Program-made: the position numbers and the translations under genes
Origin: Heterodontus francisci
Lineage: Eukaryota
Assembly (NCBI RefSeq): GCF_036365525.1
Contig: NC_090401.1
Location: 53,578,868-53,642,867 of the forward strand
Length of the DNA: 64,000 nucleotides
Direction of reading: 5' to 3'
The notes under the pieces: model-generated
Told to the model about the DNA's origin: nothing
Databases searched by the model: none
Seen by the model: only the letters and a program-made list of their open reading frames with translations
Part shown: positions 1 through 12,100 of the stretch, piece by piece
Layout: every line of letters begins with the position of its first letter
How positions within the stretch are numbered: position 1 is the stretch's first letter

Positions 1-766
1 CATTTAGGCTACTGTTGCAATATCATTTGCACTCCATTATAAAAAGGATATAAATCAATAGGAAAAGTGCAGTACAGATTAACTGGCATTTTGCTGGGGC
101 AAGAGGTTACAGTTCTGAAGTCATTTGAAAAGGTGAGACATTTTTCTCTACTCAAGCTGCAAAAGGTAATGCATGGCCTTACAGAGGCCTTCAAGATTAA
201 GAGTTTATAGATAAATAGCAATAGAAAGCTTTTGTTGGACAGTGAGACGGTAACAAAAAAAAAACAAATTTAAAGATCACAAGACGACAAAGGGGTAGTT
301 GAGGAAAGTTATTTACTGACAGTGGTTATGATGTAGATCTCTCTGCCATATTGAATCAAAGTCTATTAACTTTTAAAATTGAATTAGTTTTAGATGCAAA
401 TAAAGCTATTTCTACGCTGTAACATTCTTTGACACAGAAAGATCTACATTATGCTGGGTTTGTATATTAAAATGAAGACAATGCCCCTTTAAGTAGTCAA
501 AAAATAAGAAAATGGCATCTTTATCAGACTGACAATTACCATGTGGTGAGAGTTTGTAAAATACAATTAGTATAGAACCTCAGTTTCAGACCATCATGCA
601 TCAAGACACTGGACAGGTCTGAAATAATAATTGAGAACCCCATCAACTTACCACTCGCAGCCAGTTATTCCATTAAAAAGGTAACCAAGTTATTCAACGA
701 AGAATTAAATGAGGGGAATTAGGCAACTGATGCAAATTGAGGATATATAGATATTCATTTACTTAC

Positions 767-880
767 ATCAGTATCCACCCACTGTCTTACATCCATTGGG
801 GGTGCTGTCATATCATCCAACTTGTACAGTATATTTGTTGGGGCTTTCTCTGCATCTTTGATCATGCCAACCAGAGTTAC
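767..880 (-). CDS. RPA2: RPA2 coding exon 4 (OB-fold DBD-D); gene continues beyond the left edge
   Basis: ttcttag|GTA...GAT|gtaagt; 114 nt, phase 0/0; [38 protein letters not shown] matches vertebrate RPA32. Confidence 0.96.
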
Positions 881-1627
881 CTAAGAAAGGGAAACACTCA
901 TATTACAATCTGTATATCCCACCATAAGATTAACATATTACAGAAGGGGAAAAAAACACTAGCAAAAATGAAAAAGAAACCCACATTATCCTCGATTAGG
1001 AAATACCTGCTGTACCTAAATCGCAGATGCCATTTGGTGTCGAATCTCAAAGAGCAATCTATGATTCCATTTCTACCGCCATGTTTTTAATTTTCTTTTT
1101 AAAACACAACCATTTCTCTTTTAACAGCTAAGGGTTCTGCATTTATTATCCAAATAACTGGATAAAAATCTATGACTTCTCCTTTGCAACTGTACAAATT
1201 TTGAAAGCACTTAAAAATATTTATTGGATGAAACCTCAATAAATGGTTCATAAAAACATTACATAGTCTTTTAAAGTAGATTAACAAACAAAAGTCACTT
1301 CACATTTGGTGATAGCGTCTCAGACTAAAATTTTACAACTTTACCTGAATGAAAATAGCACTACATCTCATGCAGCTAATAGCGGTTTATCTTCCCCCAT
1401 TTAAGAGAAGCAAGAAAGAGACTCAAGAATGTGTTTACAAATCAAGTGATCTTGACACACACAAAATCTCATCTAAAATAGAGGTTTGTTTTCAGGTCGA
1501 AAATAAGGACAACACAAGTTATGAAAAAGATTGTGCTCACTGATGAATTGGAAATCATTTTTTTAAAAAAATCACACTACAGCCACTGAACCAAGGAATA
1601 TTTAATAGTACTGAATTTCTCACTCAC

Positions 1628-1729
1628 CTGAGACAACTCCACCTCTCCAATTCTGAAAATTTCCTCTGTTTGAGTAGCAGACATTAGCTGTGACACTGTA
1701 CAAGGAACTATTTGCTGGGACCGTGATCT
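1628..1729 (-). CDS. RPA2: RPA2 coding exon 3
   Basis: tgtcag|AGA...CAG|gtgagt; 102 nt; [34 protein letters not shown]. Confidence 0.96.
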
Positions 1730-2339
1730 CTGACAGAATAATAATAAAAAGTTAACCTTGCAAGACTACAGTTCAGGAGTTCCTTTATTACAGGTTTAGA
1801 GAAATAGAAAAGCAGTTGTTATAATCACATAAAAGGATAATACAATTTACATATTGTTTGTCTGATCAGTAAGTGACACCAACAGTAAGGTAATTACCCG
1901 AATGTATCTTTAGCAAAATTACATTTTGAGCAATGATTTTAATCCATTCTCATAATGAGGGATGATTACTTTTGTTCAATTGGAGACGACGGTATGCTTT
2001 TAATTCGGTCATTAAAGGGGTTTGCCATAAATGAACAGAAAACAGTAGGAACATGACTACGTCCTTGCCCAAGATGCATTTTATCTGCCCCCTCAAATGC
2101 GGTTAGTCAGGATTTTGACAGTGGGGTTATATTACATGCATTTCTAGGATTTCTAGGACCAAGTAGTCAAATAGCGTAAAATAAAATTAAAACATTAACA
2201 CATGGGTTTGCATAAACCAATTAGATGCAAACTTTAAAAAAAAAAGAAAATACTGCAATAGTACTGCTGGTGTCACTTACAGATCAGTTTTAACAATTTG
2301 CTACTCTTGCCAAGATCAACTTTAATTTTCAAAATGTAA

Positions 2340-3235
2340 TATGAACATATGAATTAGCAGCAGGAGTAGGCCATTCAGCCCCTCAAGCCTGCTCCGTCAT
2401 TCAACAAGATTATGGCTGATCTGATTGTAACCTCGACTCCACATTCCCACTGACCCAGATAACCTTTCACCCCCTTGCTTATCAAGAATCTATCTCTGCC
2501 TTAAAAATATTTAAAGACTCTGCTTCCACTGCCTTTTGACGACGGGTGTTCCAAAGACTCACAACCCTCAGAAAAAATTTCTCATCTGTCTTAAATGAGT
2601 GACCCCTTATTTTTAAACAGTGACCCCCAAGCAGAAACATCCTTTCCACATCCACCCTGTCAAGACCCCTCAGGACCTTATACGTTTCAATCAAGTCTCC
2701 TCTTACTCTTCTAAACTCCAGCAGATACAAGCCGAGCCTGTCCAACCTTTCCTCGGAGGACAACCCACCGATTCCAGGCATTAGTCTAGTCAACCTTCTC
2801 TGAACTGCTTCCAACACATTTACATCCTTCCTTAAATAAGGAGACCAGTACTGTACACAGTACTCCAGATGTGGTCTCACCAATGCCCTGTATAGCTGAA
2901 GCAGAACCTCCCTACTTTTGTATTCAATTCGCCTCGCAATAAACAACAACATTCTATTATTTTTCCTAATTATTTGCTGAACCTGCATACTAACTTTTTG
3001 CAATTCATGCACTAGGACACCCAGATCCCTCTGTACCTGAGCTCTGCAATCTCACCATTTAAATATGCTTCTTTTTCATTCTTCCTGCCAAAATGGACAA
3101 TTACATATTTTCCCACATTATACTCCATTTGCCAGATCTCTGCCTACTCACTTAACCGATCTTTTTCCCTTTGTAGTCTTAAGTCCTCTTCACAACTTTC
3201 TTTCCTTTGTGTCATCAGCAAATTTAGCAACCATA
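2340..3235 (-). mobile_element. 5'-truncated CR1-clade LINE (3' part of ORF2 plus 3' UTR) in RPA2 intron 2
   Basis: ORF 2482..3012 contains LYRALVRPHLEYCVQYWSP and RRVRGDLIETYK; CR1-type 3' tail. Confidence 0.9.
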
Positions 3236-3570
3236 GTGCACTGTGCTTACTATGTTCAAAGTCTGCTGCAGTTTTTGTATAGAGCTTTATCACAAGGCAG
3301 TTCATGCTGTTCGCCAACAAAATTGCTAAAATCAAGGAAAAATGACACTCAAACAAAATTTTTGTATGCTTTTGTGATCAGGTAAAATACACAAAAGAAA
3401 AATAGTTCACAAAACAGATTTTAAAAATAGCACAAACAGAAATGATACATCACATAAGGTTGTCATTTGTATTTAAACAAGAACACCACTAATTTCTACA
3501 TTCTGGGGGAAGAGTATGCATTTTTGCCACCCAATGTGGGAACTAATGAATATTTTGACTCTGCACTTAC

Positions 3571-3689
3571 ATTTTTTCTATCACTCTGGCTGCCTCCTGC
3601 TGGTGAGCCAAATCCTCCAGGTGACTGCATGTAGCCCCCACCTCCTGCACTAGTATCTCCAAAACCTCCATAGCCACCATCAAAAGAAC
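3571..3689 (-). CDS. RPA2: RPA2 coding exon 2 (N-terminal phosphorylation domain)
   Basis: ttctag|GT...AAT|gtaagt; 119 nt, phase 1/0; GSFDGGYGGFGDTSAGGGGYMQSPGGFGSPAGGSQSDRKN with SP, SP and SQ sites. Confidence 0.95.
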
Positions 3690-4499
3690 CTAGAAAATAT
3701 GGTTAGAGGTCAGTCACAGAAACAGAACATAAGGTTATAAGGTACATATCAGGTTATAACTATCCAGTTTACATTCCTTTCCAAACAAGATTCTCCATCC
3801 TGCTTTCATTCCTAAATGTAAACCCAATATTAATAATCACCATCCTTAAAAACATTATGTTCACAAAGTTGTCACTGTTTGCAAATCCCTCCCTAGCTTC
3901 ACTCCTCCCCATCTCTAATCTGCTCCAGCCCCATAACCCTCTAAACTATCTGCACACCTCTAATTCTGCCCTCGAGCACCCCAGATTTTAATCACTCCAA
4001 CACTAGTGGCTATGCTTTCAGCTGCAGAGCCCCTAAACCTCTCCAGCTCGCTCTCCTCCCTTAAGACATTCCAATCTGGCAGCTTCTGTGACAAGGGAAA
4101 CAGTTAACATATCAGGGCCAAGACCTTTCAAGAGAACAGTTTTGACAAAGGATCACCGACCTGGATGTTAGTGTAGATTTACATACCTTTTTTAACCTGT
4201 AACTAATTTAAAGTTATGCAAGCTATTTTCATCACAAAAGCTACACTATATCTGATTTAAGGGTCCAATATCACAATTGGGGAATTTTAAAAACCAAGCC
4301 TCCATCACTACCTTTCTCCACCCCCCAATCCACTCCACTCCCTCTTCTTCTCCTGCCAGCACCCCCTATTCACCCTCATCCCCCCTGCCCACATACTCAA
4401 CCCTCATCCACTCCTCAACCTAATTCCCTCCCCAACCCTGTTCAGCCTCATCCCCTCCCAGCCCACCCAATCCTTAACCCCCTTCCCCCAACATTAAAT

Positions 4500-5000
4500 G
4501 CCGTTTCGCTGCATTAAAGCTGTCGACTGACCGACCCTGGGGTCGGGCCTCTCCACTAGGCCCAAAGCTGCGGCTCCTGACAGTCAGGCCCGGGTCGTGG
4601 GTCTGGAGGTGGGCTAACCTCACCGAGTGAACCCCCTGCCCGGCCGGGCTGGCCCTCAGACACAAACTCCCGCCGCCGTCCTCACGGAAGGTGGGTCACC
4701 AGCCGGCCACAAGACTCCCTCACACGGCCACCGACGCCACTCACCCGGGTTGTTCCACATCATCCCCTCAGCGACAGCTTAACGGACAAAAACGCGCCAA
4801 GCAGACCTCATGCAGCAGCCGACCACTCACAAGCCTCCATACTCAGAATCCCCGCCCACCCTCAGCCAATCGCTGACACGGATTCCAGGGGGTGCTCGGG
4901 GTTTCTCCACCCCCTGGAAGTAGGTATTTGCCATCAATCTGGCCAATGATTGGCTTGAAATAGTGAAGCTAGATTGGCCGCTGCCATTTTTAGTACTGGC
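4500..5000 (-). promoter_or_regulatory. CpG-rich RPA2 promoter and first-exon region
   Basis: High local CpG density; CCAAT/ATTGG at 4866, 4943, 4949 and 4973; GC box cccgccc near 4851; E2F-like ttggcgcgtttt on minus at 4789-4800; no TATA. Confidence 0.75.
4745..4763 (-). CDS. RPA2: RPA2 coding exon 1 (MMWNNP-G; start at 4763 or 4760)
   Basis: ATG ATG TGG AAC AAC CCG G|gtgagt in a CpG-rich region; phase 1 joins exon 2 in frame; MWN start is typical of RPA2. Confidence 0.92.
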
Positions 5001-5034
5001 GGAACACTTACATAAGTCTTTTGTTAACATTTTG

Positions 5035-5455
5035 CAAATTGTTACAGCGCGGAAGGAGGCCATTTGGACCGTTGCGTTTGCACCCGTTCTCCGAATAAGC
5101 ATTTCACTTCGTGCCGTTGCCTTCTCCCCGTAGACCTGTATATGCTTTCCTTTCAGATAACTATTTAATTCGCTTTTGAATGCCTCGAATGAATCTGCCT
5201 CCACCACTCTCAAACAGTTCATACTAGATCCTAACCACACACTGCATGAAAATGTTTTTCATCAGGTCACTTTTGCTTCTATTACCAATTACTTTAAATC
5301 TGTGTCCTCTACTTCTCAGTTTCTCTCTATCTACTCTGTCCAGACCCCTCACGATCTTGAATACCTCTATCAAATCACCTCTCAGCCTTCTCTTCTCCAA
5401 GTCCGAACTTCTCCAATCTATCTCATAACTGAAGTTCTTCCTCCTTGGAATCATG
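5035..5455 (-). mobile_element. Decayed CR1 3' fragment upstream of the RPA2 promoter
   Basis: LEKRRLRGDLIEVFKI in ORF 5224..5454. Confidence 0.8.
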
Positions 5456-5554
5456 AAGTGAGGAGCCTATATTTACATTTTATGAAGCTATTGTACATAT
5501 AGGGGTGCATTTGTAAACATATTTTATGAAGTTATATGAAATATATGAACAATA

Positions 5555-5909
5555 GGGCGGCACAGTGGCGCAGTGGTTAGCACCGCAGCCTCACAGCTCC
5601 AGCGACCCGGGTTCAATTCTGGGTGCTGCCTGTGTGGAGTTTGCAAGTTCTCCCTGTGTCTGCGTGGGTTTCCTCCGGGTGCTCCGGTTTCCTCCCACAT
5701 GCCAAAGACTTGCAGGTTGGTAGGTAAATTGGCCATTAGAAATTGCCCCTAGTATAGGTAGGTGGTAGGGAAATATAGGGACAGGTGGGGATGTGGTAGG
5801 AATATGGAATTAGCGTGGGATTAGTATAAATGGGTGGTTGATGGTCGGCACAGACTCGGTGGGCCGAAGGGCCTGTTTCAGTGCTGTATCTCTAAAACTA
5901 AAAACAAAA
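5555..5909 (+). mobile_element. Full-length HE1-like tRNA-derived SINE
   Basis: A box tggcgcagtgg, B box ggttcaattc, CR1-like tail gggccgaagggcctgtttcagtgctgta; related copies at 7529, 37210 and 60008. Confidence 0.88.
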
Positions 5910-5912
5910 TGA

Positions 5913-6298
5913 GGCGGTGGCGTACTGGTTATGTCACTGGACTAGTAACCCAGAGACCCAGGTATTGCTCTGGGGACATGGGTTCAAATCCCACTACAGC
6001 AGAATTTCAATTCAATAAGTAAATCTGGAATTTAAAGCTAGTCTAATGATGGCCATGAAACCAAACCATTGTCAATTGTTGTAAAAACCCATCTGGTTCA
6101 CTAATGTCCTTTAGGGAAGGAAATCTGCTGTCTTTGCCTGGTCTGGCCTACATGTGACTCCAGATCCACAGCAATGTGGTTGACTCTTACATGCCCTCAA
6201 AATGGCCTAGCAAGCCACTCAGTTCAAGGGCAATTAGGGATGGGCAATAAATGCTGGCCTGGCCTGGCCTGCGACGCCGACATGAAAGAATTTAAAAA
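5913..6298 (+). mobile_element. tRNA-derived SINE (family B) with tail shared with the LINE at 41728-43360
   Basis: Head ggtggcgtactggttatgtcactggactagtaa...ggttcaaatcc; tail caagggcaattagggatgggcaataaatgctggcct; minus-strand copies near 15305-15728, 37930-38320, 55430-55720 and 58880-59222. Confidence 0.82.
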
Positions 6299-6685
6299 AT
6301 GCTGGAAATACACAGCAAGGTCAGGCAGCATCTGATTATTTCCAATACTTTCTGTTTATATTTCAAATTTCCAGCATCTGCTGTATTGTGCCTTTTGTAT
6401 GCGCAATATATATATATGAAATTTATTATGTAAATTTAAAAAGAAAAAAGTAATGAATTTATTTATTTATATAACACCTTTAACAACCTTTACAGGCAAT
6501 TAATTATTTTTTTGAAATAGACTCAATGTAGGGAAATGCAGCAAACAATCTGCACACAGCAAGCTCCCAAAACAACAGAGAGATAATGGTTGATTTTTAA
6601 TGATGTTGTTTGAGCAATGAATATTGGCCATGGCATAGGGGAGTCCTCCTCTTCAAAATATTGCAATTGGATCTTGGGTCCTGTA

Positions 6686-7460
6686 AACATACAAACATAG
6701 AAAGTAGGAGCAGGAGTAGGCTATTCGGCCCTTCGAGCCTGCTCCGCCATTCATTATGATCATGGCTGATCGTCCAACTCAGTAACCTGTTCCCCCCTTC
6801 ACCCGATATCCTTTGATCCCTTTAAACCCAAGAGCTATATCTAACTCCTTCTTGAAAACATACAATGTTTTGGCCTCACCTGCTTTCTGTGGTAGCAAAT
6901 TCCACAGGCTCACCACTTTCTGGGTGAAGAAATTTCTCCTCGCCTCAGTCCTGAATGGTTTACCCCGTATCCTTAGACTATGACCCTTGGTTCTGGACAC
7001 CCCCACCATTGGGAACATCCTCCCTGCATCTACCCTGTCAAGTCCTGTTAGATTTTTATAGGTTTCTATGAGATCCCCCCTCACTCTTCTGAACTCCAGA
7101 GAATATAATCCTAACCGACTCAATCTCTCCTCATACGTCAGCCCTACCATCCCAGGAATCAGTCTGGTAAACCTTCGCTGCACTCCCTCTATAGCAAGAA
7201 CATCCTTCCTCAGATAAGGAGACCAAAACTGCACACAATATTCCAGGTGTGGCCTCACCAAGGCCCTGTATAATTGCAGCAAGACATCCCTGCTCCTGTA
7301 CTCGAATCCTCTTGCTATGAAGGCCAAAATACCATTTGCCTTTTTTACCACCTGTTGCAGCTGTATGCTTACCTTCAGCGACTGGTGTCACCCAGGTCTC
7401 GCTGCATATTCCCCTCTCTCAGTTTATAGCTGTTCAGATAATAATCTGCCTTTCCTCATC
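6686..7460 (-). mobile_element. 5'-truncated CR1 LINE
   Basis: ORF 6779..7351 is an uninterrupted CR1 ORF2 C-terminus; 3' UTR with short-repeat tail. Confidence 0.92.
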
Positions 7461-7528
7461 CCTGGTAAACCACCTGTCCATTCTTCTGAAGATGTTTATG
7501 TCTTTCCTGCAGTGTGCTGCCCAGAACA

Positions 7529-8419
7529 GGGCGGCACAGTGGTTAGTACCGCAGCCTCACAGCTCCAGGGACCCGGGTTCAATTCTGGGTACTGCCTGTG
7601 CGGAGTTTGCAAGTTCTCCCTGTGACCACGTGGGTTTTTGCCGGGTGCTCCGGTTTCCTCCCACAGCCAAAGACTTGCAGGTGATAGGTAAATTGGCTGT
7701 TGTAAATTGCCCCTAGTGTAGGTAGGTGGTAGGGAATATGGGATTACTGTTCTTTGGCCTCCTTATCTCGAGAGACAATGGGTAAGCGCCTGGAGGTGGT
7801 CAGTGGTTTGTGGAACAGCGCCTGGAGTGGCTATAAAGGCCAATTCTAGAGTGACAGGCTCTTCCACAGGTGCTACAGATAAAATTGGTTGTCGGGGCTG
7901 TTACACAGTTGGCTCTCCCCTTGCGCTTTTGTCTTTTTTCCTGCCAACTGCTAAGTCTCTTCGACTCGCCACACTTTAGCCCCGCCTTTATGGCTGCTCA
8001 CCAGCTCTGGGGAATGCTGGCAACTGACTCCCACGACTTGTGATCAATGTCACAGGACTTCATGTTGCGTTTGCAGACGTCTTTAAAGCGGAGACATGGA
8101 CGGCCGGTGGGTCTGATACCAGTGGCGAGCTCGCTGTACAATGTGTCTTTGGGGATCCTGCCATCTTCCATGCGGCTCACATGGCCAAGCCATCTCAAGC
8201 GCCGCTGACTCAGTAGTGTGTATAAGCTGGGGATGTTGGCCGCCTCGAGGACTTCTGTGTTGGAGATATGGTCCTGCCACCTGATGCCAAGTATTCTCCG
8301 GAGGCAGCGAAGATGGAATGAATTGAGACGTAGGGTTAGTATAAATGGGTGGTTGTTGGTCGGCACAGACTCGGTGGGCCGAAGGGCCTGTTTCAGTGCT
8401 GTATCTCTAAATAAATAAA
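7529..8419 (+). mobile_element. HE1-like SINE split by an RTE insertion (halves 7529-7750 and 8330-8419)
   Basis: Halves rejoin as gggattactgt|agggttagtataaatggg, matching the intact copy at 5555. Confidence 0.85.
7751..8329 (-). mobile_element. RTE-clade LINE 3' fragment
   Basis: Near-identical to the 3' end of the RTE at 23335-25409 (RRLRWLGHVSRMEDGRIPKDTLYSEL). Confidence 0.93.
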
Positions 8420-8954
8420 CTACCCACAGTATTCAAGCTCCTGCCTCTTTGACCAAACTTTTGGTCATCTGATCCAATATCTCGTTATGTGGCTTGGTGT
8501 CATATTTTATTTTAAAATACTCCTGTGTCTCCTTGGGACATTTTATTATGTTAAAGGTGTTATATAAAGTTGCTGTTGAGGCCTGGTTATAAATTCCGAC
8601 CATGGTCTCTTTGTCTTTATTTTCTAAGCCTCTATAAACACAGATAATCACGATTTTAACCACCTTGCCTTTAAGGATTCATAGGAGCACAGGAAATAGG
8701 AGCGGGAGTAGGCCATTCGGCCCCTCGAGCCTGCTCCACTATTCAGTGAGATCATGGCTGATCTTCTACCTCAATGACATTTTCCCATACTCTCCCCATA
8801 TCCCTTGATATCTATAATATCTAGAAATCTATTGATCTCTGTCTTGAACATACTCAATTTGTGTATATGGACTGCAAAGTCTCTCTACTCATCTACACCT
8901 ATCAAAATTGTCACATTTGTACTGTACTGTTTTTCCATATTAGTCATCCCAAAG

Positions 8955-9110
8955 TGTAATGTAAGAAACACAGCAGCCAATTTGTCCACAGCAATGTCCC
9001 ACAAACAGCAATGTGATAATGACCAGATATTCTGTTTTTGTGATGTTGATTGAGGCATAAATATTGGCCAGGACACTGGGAATAACTCTCCTGCTGTTCT
9101 TCGAAATAGT
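8955..9110 (-). mobile_element. 3' part of a SacSINE1/DeuSINE-like SINE split by the full-length CR1 (5' part at about 13326-13525)
   Basis: ...cttcgaaatagt (9110) resumes as gatcttttacgtc...gagaaggcagac (13326), the order seen in intact copies at 29900-30325 and 31885-32320. Confidence 0.8.
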
Positions 9111-12100
9111 AGAGTCATAGAGTCAGTCATACAGCATAGAAGCAGGCCCTTCGGCCCACTGCGTCCATGCTGACCATAATGCCTATCTATACTAATCCCA
9201 CCTGCCTGCACTAATTCCATATCCCTCTATGCCTTGCTCATTCAAGTACCTGTCCAGATGCCTTTTAAATGTCACTACTGTTCCTGCCTCCACCACCTCC
9301 TCAGGCAGCTCATTCCAGATACCCACTATTCTTTGTGTGAAAAATTTACCCCTTTGATCCCCTTTAAACCTCCTCCCTCTCACCTTAAATCTATGCCCTC
9401 TAGTTTTAGTCACCCCGACCATGGGAAACAGACTCTGACTATCTACCCTATCTATGCCTCTCATAATTTTATATACCTCTATCATGTCCCCTCTCAGCCT
9501 CCTTCGCTCCAGGAAAAACAGACCCAGCCTTTCCAATCTCTCTTTATAACTCAAGCCCTCCAAACCAGGCAACATCCTTGTGAATCTTTTCTGCACCCTC
9601 TCGAGCTTAATCACATCTTTCCTGTAGTGCGGCGACCAGAACTGTACACAGTACTCCAAATGCGACCTAACCAACGTTATGTACAACTGTAACATGACGT
9701 CCCAACTCTTGTACTCAATGCCTCGGCCGATGTAGGCAAGCATGCCATACGCCTTCTTCACCACCCTGTCTACCTGTGTTGCCACCTTCAGGGAGCAATG
9801 TACTTGCACGTCAAGGTCTGTCTGCTCAAGAACACTCCCCAGGGCTCTGCCATTCACTGTATATGTCCTGCCCTGGTTTAACTTCCCAAAATGCATTACT
9901 TCACACTTGTCTGCGTTAAATTCCATTTGCCACTCCCTTGCCCACTTTCCCAGTTGATCTATATCCTGTTGTAATCTTAGACAACCTTCTTCACTGTCCA
10001 CTATACCACCAATTTTGGTGTCATCCGAAAACTTACTAATCATGCCCCTTACATTCACATCCAAGTTATTAATATATATGACAAACAACAGAGGGCCCAG
10101 CGCCAATCCCTGCGGTACACCACTGGTCACCGGCCTCCAATCTGAGAAAGAACCCTCCACTACCACCCTCTGCCTCCTATCACCAAGCCAATTTTGTATC
10201 CAATTTGCTAGCTCACCCTGGATCCCATGTGTTCGAACCTTCTGGACCAGCCTAACATGCGGGACCTTGTCAAAGGCCTTGCTAAAGTCCATGTAGACAA
10301 CGTCCATCCCCTGTCCTCATCAATCCTCTTGGTTAGCTCCTCGAAAAACTCAATCAAATTCGTGAGACATGATTTCCCACACACAAAGCCATGCTGACTA
10401 TCCCTAATCAGACCATGCCTTTCCAGATGCATATAAATCCTGTCTCTCAGAATCCCTTCCAATAATTTCCCCACCACTGATGTAAGGCTCACCGGCCTGT
10501 AGTTCCCTGGCTTATCCCTGCTGCCCTTCTTAAATAAAGGCACAACATTAGCTATCCTCCAGTCTTCCGGTACCTCACCTGTGGCTAACGATGATACAAA
10601 AATCTCTGCCAGGGCCCTAGCAATCTCCTACCTTGCTTCCCATAGCATCCAAGGATACACCTGGTCAGGCCCTGGGGATTTATCCACCTTAATGCGCTTC
10701 AAAACCTCCAACATCTCCTCCTTTGTAATGTTGATTTGCTCCAGGATATCGGTGTTCCCTCCCTTGAACTCACTAGCTTCCATGACCTTCTCCACGGTAA
10801 ATACGGACGAGAAATATTCATTTAAGACCTCACCCATTTCCCGTGGCTCCACACATAAATTGCCACACTGATCCTTAAGGGGACCTACTCTCTCCCTAGC
10901 TACCCTTTTACTCTTAATATACTTATAGAATCTTTTAGGATTCTCCTTTATCTTATCTGCCAGGGAAATCTCATGGCCCCTTTTCACCCTCCTAATTTCC
11001 TTCTTAAGTGTAGTTCTACATCCCCTATACTCCTCGAGGGACTCACTCGATCCCAGCTGCCTATACCTGACATATGCCTCCTTCTTTGGCCTGACCAGAC
11101 CCTCAATATCCCTCGTCAACCAAGGTTCCCTAAACTTGCCAGCCTTGCCCTTCCATCTAACAGGAACATGCCGGCCCTGAACTCTTCCTATCTCACTTTT
11201 AAAAGCCTCCCACTTGCCAGACGTCCTTTTACCTGTAAACAGCCTCTCCCATTCAACTTTAGAGAGTTCCTGTCTGATGCCATCGAAATGAGCCTTCCCC
11301 CAATTTAGGACTTCAACCTGACTATCCTTTTCCATAACTACCTTGAAGCTAATAGAGTTATGGTCACTGGTCCCAAAGTGCTCCTCCACTGACACATCAA
11401 CCACCTGCCCAGCCTTATTTCCTAAGAGGAGGTCGAGTGTAGCCCCTTCTCAGTAGGGCCATCCACATACTGCTTCAGAAAACTATCCTGGACACACTTA
11501 ACAAATTCTTCCGCATCTGATCCTTTAGCGCTAAGGCAGTCCCAGTCAATATTCGGGAAGTTAAAATCACCTACTATTACAACGCTATAATTCCGACACT
11601 ATCTGTGATTTTCCTACATATATGCTCCTCCACTTCCCTCTGAATATTGGGGGGCCTATAGTATAATCCCATCAAAGTGATCACTCCTTTCTTATTTCTA
11701 AGTTCTACCCATATGGCCTTGCTGGACATTCCCCCCGGGATATCCTCTCTAGGTACTGCCGTGATGTCCTCCCTAATCAATAGTGCAACTCCCCCTCCTC
11801 TCTTACCTCCACCTCTGTCACACTGGAGGGATCGGTACCCCGGAACATTGAGCTGCCAGTCCTGCCCATCCCTCAACCACGATTCCGTAGTAGCTATAAT
11901 ATCATAATCCCATGTACCGACCCATGCTCTGAGTTCATCTGCCTTACTTGTAAGGCTTCTTGCATTAAAGTAAATGCAGTTTAGCCTACCAGACCTTCCA
12001 CGCTCCCTGTCCTGCCCCTGCATGTCCTGCCTACTGGACTTGCTTGCTTTAACCTCTACATTTGCCTCAACTATCTCATCTGAGAGACTACTACTTTGGG

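Noticed and set aside
737-1090. 117-aa plus-strand ORF
   Set aside because: Antisense shadow of RPA2 exon 4 plus intron sequence
3620-3640. Met in place of the human Thr21 PIKK site in RPA2 (YMQSP versus YTQSP)
   Set aside because: I recall YMQSP in other non-mammalian RPA2 proteins, so it is probably not lineage-specific; unverified
5555-5635. tRNA gene (A and B boxes)
   Set aside because: Continues directly into a SINE body and LINE-derived tail; no complete cloverleaf or Pol III terminator
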